This document shows, one piece after another, positions 40,601-52,600 of a stretch of 64,000 nucleotides of DNA. A program made the position numbers and the translations under genes. The DNA comes from Saccostrea cucullata (lineage: Eukaryota), in NCBI RefSeq assembly GCF_032062105.1, contig NW_026937660.1, positions 1 to 64,000 of the forward strand, given 5' to 3'. How positions within the stretch are numbered: position 1 is the stretch's first letter; each line of letters starts with the position of its first letter. Below the pieces are notes generated by a model. That model searched no databases. It was not told where the DNA came from and saw only the letters and a program-made list of their open reading frames with translations.

Positions 40601-43600
40601 TCAATATTATTTTGGCTATATATACAAATAGTGTGCTTTTGATAATTTATTTATATAGTGTTTCAGGCACTAATTTATTAATGAAATCAAAACCTTGTAT
40701 ACAAACTTATAAGAAGAGGCCCATGTGTCAAATCACTCACTTGAATTGCTTTGTTTATGCTATTTTTTACATTTTCTTCTTCATATAATTATTGTGACTT
40801 TTACCTCATGAGTCAATGACTGCCAAATTTGTATAATTTAAAATATATACTACCCCTGGGTGCTTTCACATATCATATAAGTTTCAGCTATACTGGCCTA
40901 TCAGTTCCTGAAAATTTTAGAAGTTTTTCCTAAAGATTTCTATGTAAAACTTGGATTACAAATTATGGCCCCACCCTAGTCCTGGGATTGTGAATTAAAC
41001 AATGTAGAAATAATGCTCCCCTAGGGTTCTTTCACAAAAGTTTTAGTTTTTCATTACAAATTATGGCCCCACCCTAGTCCTGGGATTGTGAATTAAACAA
41101 TGTAGAAATAATGCTCCCCTAGGGTTCTTTCACAAAAGTTTTAGTTTTTCTGACCCAGTGTTTTACAAGAATAAGATATTAATGAATTTGCCTATTTACA
41201 TTTCTATGTAAAAACTTGTTTCCAAAAGTGGCCCAACTAAACTCTCTGAGGTCATGATTTAGATTTTACACTTCCCCAAGATGCTTAAAAACAACACACT
41301 ATATTTGTATTTTTTGATTATTTCCTCTTATGAAATTACTTGGCAATTCAGACAAACATGATGTGATTAGAAAACCTTTGCCTTTGGTGAGCTAAAAAAA
41401 CACATTAACATTATTACCTGTAAGTGAAGAGGCTTTCAATTCCAATTATGGTTCCAGTTGGCATAACTGCACTCTCCTCTTCACTATCTTGGTCGTCATC
41501 AGATATCTCAGCAAACGAAGGAATGAACTAAAATTCAATTATTTCCATTACCAGTATATCATATGAGAAAAATATGAAATGAAATGTATGATCAAATTGA
41601 TAAAACTTACAAACCATGAAAAGTAAACACATTTTATACAGAATATAAATTGAAATCTTACAACATATAAAAAAAACAGAAATAAAACTATTTTTTGAAA
41701 ACTATTTTGAAAAAATTGAAAGAAAGCTAAAGAAAAAATATTAGTTTGCAATTTACCTCTACTGCTGATTGAGATGACCTGTTGGAGAGAACAGGTTTTT
41801 GTGCCTTTGTTTTCATGTCAAAGGTTTGTGTTGTCGTAAAATTATGAAGGGCGACATAACAGCCTTGCTTTACTGGTGTATCTGCAAATTCCCTCCATAA
41901 GGCTACGTTAACAACTCCACTTCCATCTTTGACCTTTAGTCTCTTAAAAGGGACTTCTTCTCTAGTGTTGCGTAGTCTCTTAGTGGTAGGTGCACATGCC
42001 TAAAGGCAAAGTAAATATAAATTAATATATGCTTATTTATCATTAAGGGAAAGAAAGATTAAATTTAAATGTTAAGAAACCCATATAAAGATTAAATTTA
42101 AATGTTAAGAAACCCATATAAAAATTTATATATAAGAAATATTACATCTTGTTATGGCTATGATACATACAAGGACAACTTTCCCTTTGATAGAGACTGT
42201 AGTTCTATGAGGGGATGTTGCTGCACTCAATATAGGCATGCAGTCTGGTTTCTTTGTTGCTTCTTCTAAGACCTCTTTGGGGACTGTTACCATTTCTTTG
42301 TTGGTAGTGAACACATTGGAAACCTGAGTTACAACCAGAGATCTACACAATAAAGAACAAAATAATATTACTGTACATGTTATAATTTTATAAAAATAAT
42401 TCATTAATTCTAGTCCTTAATTTAGCCAAGTTATTAAACTATGTGACCTTTTCCACATAAATTCTTACAACTTAGATTCTTACAAATTGTGCCCATTTTC
42501 TCAATTAATATTACAGTTTTAGTAAGACTTCAAAAATTCTTTAGAAAGATTTTTTTTTAAAAGGGTCACTGATGCTCATTTAAAAAATAAAATCAGGAAA
42601 TATTTACCCATCTTCCTTCTTAACAAAATCCGTCAGGATGAGTACTTCTCCTTCCTTAAATAACGGAAATTTTGATGCGTCATACAAATGCACCTCTGTG
42701 TGACTTGTAGAGTCGGCAATTTTGGCGGTCACCATTTGACTCGCTCCCTTCTTCTTTGAGGTGTATGATGTTGGAGCCGAAACTTCCAACACTTTAACAG
42801 TCAGAAATGACTTAAGGGTGTGTTCTCCTTGCAGATTTTTTACGCCTTGTAGTGTTGAAACATCTGTAAAGCAAGAAAAGAAATATTAGTCATTAGAGTA
42901 TAAAATACAAGAATCCGAGGAGCATAAACTGAGTGGCAATAGTTTGTATTAGTGATTTAAATTCAACTTACCAAATAAATTAATAAGAAGATGGAAATGC
43001 TGTGTGTAATATTTGAATTAATGAATAAGGTAACTAAGTACAATCTCCAACAGCAAAATTTTTATTATTTGGGTATTTGAGAGGCAAACATGATGAAAAT
43101 TTTAAATACAAACTAATTTTGACTTTGGTTTTTATTTGTAATATAGCATTTCTAAACTCATATAATTTGTTCATGGTTCATTTTTTTTCCTGTGCAATCT
43201 TACATACTCTTCAATAACACTTTGATCAGCAGTTATTTTATGTAAAGCCAAGCTTAATAATTGTACATTTTCTAATGTTCTAACTCTACTTAGAGCAACA
43301 TAAGCTTGGCCGTGCTGAAATAACGAGTTGTTTAAAGATATTGCTGCTTTATGCAAGGATAACCCTTGCACCTTATGTACTGTTGCTGCCCAACATGGCA
43401 TTAATGGAAATGTTTCTCTAATAATATAGCGACCATGACTTAAAAATTCTTGCCTGTACATAAACAGAGTTACAGAACCATTGCTATTGGATACAGTAAG
43501 TGGAATCTTTTCAGAGTTGTCAAACTTTACATTTAAACTGTTAACATTTGTTTCATTTTCATTTACTGATACACTAGAAATTACTCCACGAGCACCATTT

Positions 43601-46600
43601 ATTAATCCATATTTGACACATAAATTTCTCAGCAACATAATTTTTGTACCAATAGATACCACCAGAACAGATGGTAGTCCACCTGCATCTCTGTCATCTT
43701 CTGGTATTAAGTCTTCATCAACATCTCCATTTACATTAATATCATTATCTGAGAAATAATGTTTAGCACATATGCTGTAATGCGTTTCATTTATATTGCT
43801 TTGAATTGCACAATTATGATTTTGAACTTGTTTTCTTGTAGCATAAATGTACAAAATGTTTGGATTTGGCTGATTATGCTCATAAATTCTGCTTTTTAAG
43901 ATATCAACATCATCAGAAGTCATTTGACCAATGCGCACACGATTTAATAACTGTGCATAATCAGAGTCTTCTGACTGTCTCATATTTTGTTGCAAAAAAA
44001 AGGGTTTAAATAAAGGCCAAAGAATTTGATGTTTGAAAGTAAATTCTCCTCGTACTGGACGTAGCTGAAAAAAGTCTCCAACTACTATGATATTTAAACC
44101 TCCAAAAGGCTGATCATTATTTTGAATTGTTTGTAAACGGTCATGAATAAGCTCAAACATTTGTGAACTAACCATGCTTATTTCATCAATGATAACTGTA
44201 TGCTTACTTTTTAATTCAGTACGCATTTTCTTCAATACTGTAGCAGACAACTGACTATTATTGAAATGGTAACCGTGTTGAACAGGTAATTTCAAAGCTG
44301 AGTGAATTGTTTGACCATTTATATTATGAGCTGCCACACCTGTAGGAGCAAGAATTAAAACAGGATCATGCCCAGAGAATGAAGCTGTACAAACCCTGAA
44401 ATATTGTATAAGGAATTCAATCAAGTAACTTTTCCCCACACCAGCTCCTCCTGTTATGAACATCTGAAACTTTTGCCTCTTCAACATTGATTCTTTTATG
44501 TATTTAAATACATGGCATTGATCTCTAGTTAGCCGTTTAAATTTTTCAGCCAATGTATTATTATCAATGCATGTTGAAAGACAGTGCCATTGCATATCTG
44601 TGCTGTCTAGATCTAAACAATTATCTGCCTTGATTGTTGCATTTGAAAGATTTTGTTCTGAAATTAAATTAGGAATACTCTCTGAATCTTCAAAATCTTC
44701 ATGTAATGATATAGGTTCAGTATCATTTTCACAGGTATTTGGAGCCATCATATCAAATTCAATGTTTGACAAATGAATAGATTGAATTATTGAATCTAAT
44801 TCTGGCATTTGAAACCCAATCTGTATTGCTTCATTATCAAAAAATCTGTATTTATTTAGAAAAGCATCTTTAACACAAGAATAAGGCTCTAAAAGTTCTT
44901 GTGCATTTCTGTGGGGTAAAAACAAAAGTAAATAGCTGAAGTAATAATCATCACTACCACGTCTAGGTTTACAAGTTCTAACAACTGCTAGAACTGTGCG
45001 TCTTTGTATATAAATGTCTCCAGGAATGGGTAATTTGTAACTTTCAATTGTTTTAGCCAATTTTCGAACTACTTTAAACTGCCGACAAAATGAAAACAAC
45101 GACAAAGAATTCAAGTGCATAGGTCGTGCATAATAGTAATCATAAATGTTGTTTTCAAAGATGTCTGTTGAATTTAATGGCAATTGATTTAAAACATTTT
45201 GTGGTTTCAATTTTTTAAATTGTTTCTCAGGAGTGTATGTAAGAACTTTTACAACTTCCCTAGAAAACCATGTCAACTGCAAATGTCCTATTCTATAAGC
45301 TGCTTCTTGAGCACTTAAAGTTCTATGCTTTAAAATACAAAAGCCAATTTTGCAAAGTTTTGACCTTAATGATGGTGAATTCACTGAGTCTTGAATGTTC
45401 CGCAGTGTCTCGGCTAATGCATTTTTTAAAGTATTTGGTTCTGATTTGCAAATATAACTACATACATAGTATGCTACACCAAATGGTCCATTTACCATTT
45501 GAATGTCCATGTTTGCTTGCCAGTGAAGTAAAATTATTGGATTGTATGCATTAACCATTGAATCTTCAGGACCTCTTTTAGTTTCATAGAATTTTTTACT
45601 TCCAGTAACATCTAGTCCTGTAATAAGGTGTGTTTTATTGCAAGGCTCATAAGGGAATGAAAATCTACAGGAGTTACCCCTTAAACATGTTGGCCTATGA
45701 CTATGAATTTGATATTTCTTTACATATGAAGAAAGAATACTGCTCTCATTTCTAGGAATAGTTGTATGAATAACTTTGTCTATGTAATTTACCAATTCAT
45801 TTTGAGATGAACTATTGAAAACAGATGGCACATTTTCTATCCAGAAGAAAATATGCAAATGTGGACTTCCTCTTGCTTGGAATTCAATGCGAGCAAAATA
45901 GTCAAGTACTTTACCAAGTGGCTGAGCAGGACCATTGACTACATGACGCAACAGTGCTCTCCATCGTCTTTCAAAATGTATTGCAGTTAAAAGGGGGTTA
46001 TTTTGTACAGCTGACGGAAGTTGGTCAAGCGGTACATTTAAGGTACTTGCAAGCTCAGGCCAATGATAATCATTAGCAGAAAGTGTCATAAATAATGTTG
46101 GACAACCAATGTTTTTAATCATGGCTAACAAATTAAACAAAGTATCTTTCCAGTATGCCACAGTCCCCCTGATCTGTTTCATGAACATAAATGAGTTGTT
46201 ATTTAAATCTGGGTTATTATTCAAAGACTGCAACTCGCTTAACTGTAATAAATTCTGTCCAGATGAATGTTTCCGTACCCTCATATAAATAGAAACAACC
46301 TCAAATAATTTTAATTTTTCAAAGGTATTCACTGAACTTAAGAGGTATGATACATTTGTCCTCCAACGGTCATCGGTATTATATAACCTTGCTTTATAAT
46401 ATTGTAATAAAGTTAACTTTTTCAGTCTCTGAAAGTTGTATCCACATTTTCCATAAGGAAACAAAGTTGGGAAGGCCATTTCCTCACCACTTTGCAACTT
46501 GAATATATCTTTGAGTGAAGAAGAAATGGGTAATTTATAAGAATTACCACTTAACCGTAAAACATCAGACATATTTATGTCTGGCATGTCATAATTTTGT

Positions 46601-49600
46601 TCTATAGTTCCTATTTCAGGTAAATCTGCTATGTCATATGGTATTTCATTTTCACACGCAGATAACGAGTCCAGTACATTCTCTACATCTAGGTCATTAT
46701 ACAGTGGATTATTGAGCATTAACCATCTTAATGCATATTCAACTTTACCAACATTTACAGATTTTGGAACTTGATTATTACTTGATGGAAATATTACAGC
46801 TAAATTTTGATTGTTCATGCAAGATTTCAATCCATGCAATACGTCAGTTACATTCAATGGCAAATGTATTACTAATCCTTTCATACCAAATTGACTCACT
46901 GGAAAAGCAGGCAACAACACTAATGAAAAAAAAGTGTTTAACTTTGAAATGCACCTCTTTTCAGATAGGGAGAGTCCTTTCAATTCTTTGGGTATTTGCC
47001 CAGCATCTAAATTATTGAGAACATAATCCAAGGGAGACATCTCTCCTCTCTTTAAGCATGTGTAACAAAATCTGCATAATGAACACCCCTCAGACACATT
47101 GAACTGCTCAAACACATCTTTAGAAATAACAACTTGATTTTTAAATAAGATTCGCTTACAAACAATACAACAATGTTCTGGTTTCATGTTTATCTGAGTA
47201 ACAAACTTCTGACACCTATTGATTTGAGAAGTTACATTTTGATGGGAGGTCCTATCATGTTCTGTGATGGGGACTTGTTGTAAGTTGTCAATCAAAGTAT
47301 TCAAGGGATGCTGGGGCATATGTACACGAAGTACATTATCTTTGGAAATATCAACATTGAAATATTCTTGATTTAATGAGTAACTATGATCACTTTGCAA
47401 CATAGGTCTAGTTGGTTGTGTATTTCCCCTGGAGAAATTAAAATAATCATGGTCAAGCATTACATAATATTCTTCATCATAGTCAACATTTGTCATACAT
47501 GGTTCTTTGCCCCTAAATATTTCCCCCTGTGATTTACCATTATTTTTTTGTGTCATACTATTAAATGGCATATTATTGAGGTCTCCTGATTTTGTGCAAT
47601 TTTTCTTTCTTGACTTATTTAAATCAGTATTAAAAGTAGCTCTTCTTGGACAAGAGGATTGTTCTCTTTCTGTTTGAAATGCATTTACTGTTTGAACCCT
47701 AACTGATGATAACTCAAACGTTAAACCACTATACTCTGTTGCTAAATATCTTGATAAGGATTCCAAATCTATAAAAGTAAGTAATACAGCTGTACCATTG
47801 CTACATCTGGAACCATCTTGATTGCAGCTATGAGAATCAAACACAGAATACTCATTCGAAAGCTCATTGTGTGCCAATGCAATAGAATATTCAGAAAAAG
47901 TAGCAAGCACGCTTGAGCTCGATGAAAAAGCATCAGTAACACCCGTCGATAAATTTACAGAGCCAGAGGCAATATCACCCCTTTCCCCAACAACTCCATA
48001 CCAAGATACTTCATTCACAGACACTTCAAAATCCACACCATGATTGAACAAGTTATGCAAGTAATGTGGTATCTCATTATGCTGCAAATTTCTGGGTAAA
48101 ATGTTAAGATTTTGTACTGTTTCAACATATCTGTGATGTCCTTCTTGAACTATTTCATTTATGTTTGCACATGTCAAGTCATTAATTTCTGAATTAAATG
48201 AAAGGAAGCACAAAGCTACACACGCTATGACAGTACATTGTCTTCCAGCATATGCAAGGTCAAAATAAGGATATCCTTGGTGTAATGAACCTTGGAATGA
48301 CCTCATGATTAAGCAAAAATTCCAAACACTTTATAGTACCCTTATTTTTTTCTCTGTAACAAACTTCAACAAATTTATGGAAGAAATGAGTAAAAATTAC
48401 TTACCCCCTTCAGTGTCAACCTGAACAGCACTAGAGTCCGAAGACATCGCCATTTTGAAAAATGAAATCGCAGACTGACGGTAATCCCATGCACAGATTG
48501 ATATAACTGAAATGAATGCAGCGACGCAGTTTCCTTATTTATACTCGGGTCGCGGACGTCGGTGAAGACACCCTAAGCTACAGCGTTAAGACAATGGGCG
48601 AGATGCCCATTTCACCGCATTTGTGTTTCTTTCTCTATTTCACTTCCTTGTTCTTAAGCATTCTATTCATATTTGAGCGCCAAATATACACAGTTAATAA
48701 CAGACTAGAGGAGAAGGAGGGAGAAGTTGGGAGGATACGAAAGCCTCCAGATTATTATTTTAGAAGTACTCCCATCATTGGTAATCATTAAAGGGATGGC
48801 AGACCCTATGCAGACCAGATGGGTAATTATATTAGTCAAGTTATATTAAATTGAGACGCTGAGATATCCCTGTGGGAGACCCATAAGTAGAGTGGGAGAC
48901 CCATCGACGGGAAAACTTATGGGAGAATTTATGGGAGTACAATTTATTATTAAAACTATATAGGTCTTACAGAATAGGCATAAATAAATTATATTAAACC
49001 AAGGAAAGTATATTTTAGTACAAGTAGCTAATTTTTATAATTATTTTGGGAGATTTAGATTTTACCTACGGGTTGTGGGAGTGACTTCACTTTATAAGAG
49101 ACTGGTATATATATTGTATTGTGATTTTTATTATAACAATACTTACATTTAATTGTACATAGTGTAAATAAATTTTATTTGTTGAACTTTTATCCTGACT
49201 TAATTATTAATTTATAAGTTAACATACGAGAGTGGAAAGCCCACACAGTTGCCCCACTCTCTCCCGAGGTGGGAGGCGCAACACTGGTGTCAGAAGTGGG
49301 ATCAAGTCCCTTTGATTGGGAAGAAATTTTCCACATTCTCGGTTAGCTTTATTAAATTCAAAATTTTACAATCATTGAAATTTCATAGTATACAATAAAA
49401 AAAATAAAAAAAAAAAAAAGTCACAGAAATGTCAGATTTAGAAGAGTCCGGGGAAGTCACTTTCAGACCCATAGGTCAGCAAATTTTCAGTCCCGCTGGA
49501 TCCATTGCGGATAACGGGAAATTCCCTGCTCCCACAGAAGGTATCTCAGCAGCCATGTCTCCCATATCTGAAAATGCAAATGTGTCATTAGTTAAGGTTT

Positions 49601-52600
49601 TACAAGAGCAATTTTCTAGAGAATTTGCAAAAATGAATCAAAAGATAGGAGAGCAATTTGTAAGCATTAGGGAAGAAATTGATGGGAGGTTAGAGAATAT
49701 GCAGGAAGAGATTTTTAAATTTAAACACGAATCCCAGAATTTATGGGAACGGGATCAAACAAGGGTAAAAGATGCCCACATAAATAATAGACCCCCGTAT
49801 CAAATCCCATCACATTTAAGTAATGACAATGTTAGGGAAAATAGACACCCAAGTTCATATGACCAATATAGAGTGGGAGAAGAGAATGGGATAAATAGAG
49901 GGATGATAGGATCTCAATTCAATTTTACAGGTGACCTCCCAGAATTTAGTAGGAAAGATTCAAGGTCAGGGATGGGAGATTACCATCAGTTACCCAGTGT
50001 ACCCAAATTAAACAGGTTTAGCACTCCCGATCACAATGGGAGTAGGAATGTGTTAACACCCACTAGGGATCCCCCGAGGGAAAGGGCTAAACCTAGGATA
50101 TTTGATGGGAATGAAGATTTTGATGATTATCTCTCTCAGTTTGAGATAGTCGCAGACCTTAATAATTGGGATTACAAGACTAAATCTTTACAGTTAGCAG
50201 GTCATTTAGCTAAAGATGCATGTAGTTTGTTGGGAGAGTTGAGCCCAGGTCAGAGAAGGGATTTTAATACCCTGATAACAGCCTTGAAAAGACGCTTTGG
50301 GGCCACAGAAAGATCTGAAATGTTTAGGGCAAGATTGAAAACCCGGGTGAGGGGTCAAAATGAGAGCATCTCTGAGCTGGCCCAGGCAATAAAAAAAATA
50401 ACCAGACAAGCCTATCCCAGCGCTGAGCCCAGTCTCACTGACGTATTAGCATTAGACCAATTTATAGACGCGTTACCAGATCCCGACATTAGGCTGCGCC
50501 TGAGGGAGGCCCGACCTAGGGATATAAATGAAGCCGAAACTCTAGCAATTAGGTTAGAAACTTATAGGTTGGCGGATACACAGAAGTGTGCAAAGTTTAA
50601 CAATGTAAACGCCATAGATGCTAGTGGGAGTGGTAACACCCAAGATTCATTTAAATTGACCAAATTATTGGGGAGATTAAATGAAAACATAGAAAGGTTA
50701 GAAAAAACAACCAGAATACAGAATCCCAGTCCACCTTTTAAAAAAGGAAATTGGAAAAATTGGAATTAGAAAATTAACCAGGGTTGGAAAGCTCAAAAAT
50801 CCGGTTATAATGGCCCAAATAATAAAAAAAAATGGGAATGGTTATTCTTGGGGAAATCAAAATGGTAGCACCCAAAATCAAGGTCCCAAAAAGGGAAATA
50901 ACTCAAGTTCAGGGAAACAACAGGGAAACCTTCCCGTGTCGGCTTCGGGGGTCGGAAATCGACAAAATTTGGGGGAAGACCCACTCCATTAGAAGAGATT
51001 GAAATAAAACCCCAGGAAAATGAAACAAAGTTTCAGGAAATTGTAGGTGAAAATAAAAATGAATCAAATGTTAATGATACTCTTTTGACCTCAAATGAGG
51101 GAGATGGGAATGAAAAAGTTGAGAGGGATATGGGAGAGAAATCTGGCCCAAAAGAAACCCTTTCTCAAGCTACCAAAGTAATTGTTCATAATGCAAGCAA
51201 AATTGAATCAGGTATATTTGTTCCCACACAAATCAATGGGAAAGAATGCAGATTTTTAGTAGATTCTGGGGCAGATGTTACCATTATCAGTACCCAATTT
51301 TTAGAGAAATGTTTTGGAGGGAAATCACCTCCCTTAGAACCCTATGATGTGAAACCAGTCTCTGCTACAGGGGACCCAATACCAAATAGTGGGAAATGTG
51401 AAGTCCATTTTAAAATGGGGAAAAATGAAATCACCCACAAAGTGATAGTAGCTGATATTAGATACAACGGTATCTTAGGTTTAGACTTCATGACTGAACA
51501 TTCATGTGATATCTTAGTACAAAAGATGTGTTTACGGGTTAAGGGTCAAGAGATCCCTTGTTTTAGATTTAGTAGTGATGAGGTAGATTGTACCTTTAGA
51601 GTTGCATTAATGGAGGACGTGAAAGTACCTCCCAACTCAGAGTTTATTGCCCATGGTAGAATTTTGGATTCTATTCCTAAATGGGATGAGGCTTTGGTAG
51701 AGCCAAATATAGAATTTATGGGTAAACATGAAGTGTTAGTGGCTAGGACACTTGTAAACCCCACATCTGGGATAATCCCATTAAAAGTCATGAATGTGTC
51801 AGATAGGGAAATTGAACTCCATAAAAATAGTCTTATGGGAGGAATGGAGAAAGTCTCTATGTTAAAAGATGATAGTTTAGCTATATCAGAAATCAGCTTA
51901 GAAGATACCCCCACTAAATTACCAGAACATTTGAAAAATCTGTATGAAGAGACATGTATTGGAATAACAGAAATTGAAAAAGAGCAATTAAAAGATTTAC
52001 TTGTAGAGTATCAGGGTTGTTTCTCTAAAAATTCTGAGGATATGGGACTTACAAATATGGCAGAGCATAGAATAGATACTGGGAATAATAGACCCATTAA
52101 ACAAGCCCCAAGGAGAATTCCTCTCGCCAAAATGCAAGATGTTAATAGGGAAATTAAAGAAATGTTAGCTAAGGGAGTGATTGAAGAATCAGATAGTCCC
52201 TGGAGCTCCCCTATAGTTCTAGTTAAAAAGAAAGATAACTCGATAAGGTTTTGTATAGACTTTAGAAAACTCAATGAGGTAACTATCAAGGATAGTCACC
52301 CTATTCCTAGGATAGAGTCAATATTAGATGCCCTTTCCGGATCAAAATACTATTCCACTATAGATTTGAAAAGTGGGTATTGGCAGGTTAAGGTAGCAGA
52401 GGAAGATAAACCTAAAACAGCATTCTCAATCCCGGGGGGTGGTCATTGGAATTTTACTGTCATGCCATTCGGTTTGTGCAACGCGGGGGCCACTTTCCAA
52501 AGATTGATGGAAAAAGTACTCTCTCATTTGTCGTGGGAAATTTGCATGGTATATCTTGATGACATTATTGTCTTAGCCCCTAATTTTTCCCAACACCTTA

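Larger units (their letters stand above)
38002..48704 (-). mobile_element. Autonomous-type Helentron/Helitron2-lineage rolling-circle transposon (10.7 kb) inserted in the 5' LTR
   Basis: Boundaries defined by comparison with the 3' LTR; encodes RepHel and an RPA-like gene; 3' end (minus strand) is hairpin agctttt-ttc-aaaagct + aaaCTTG|T; no TSD. Confidence 0.93.
36827..49283 (+). repeat. 5' LTR in three pieces: 36827-36938, 37646-38001, 48705-49283
   Basis: Each piece aligns colinearly with the 3' LTR; only 23 bp (equivalent to 57197-57219) are missing, at the Helitron junction. Confidence 0.95.

Noticed and set aside
43171-48306. Endogenous herpesvirus fragment
   Set aside because: The DUB-like domain is fused to Rep and Pif1 helicase within a bounded rolling-circle transposon; no other viral genes present.
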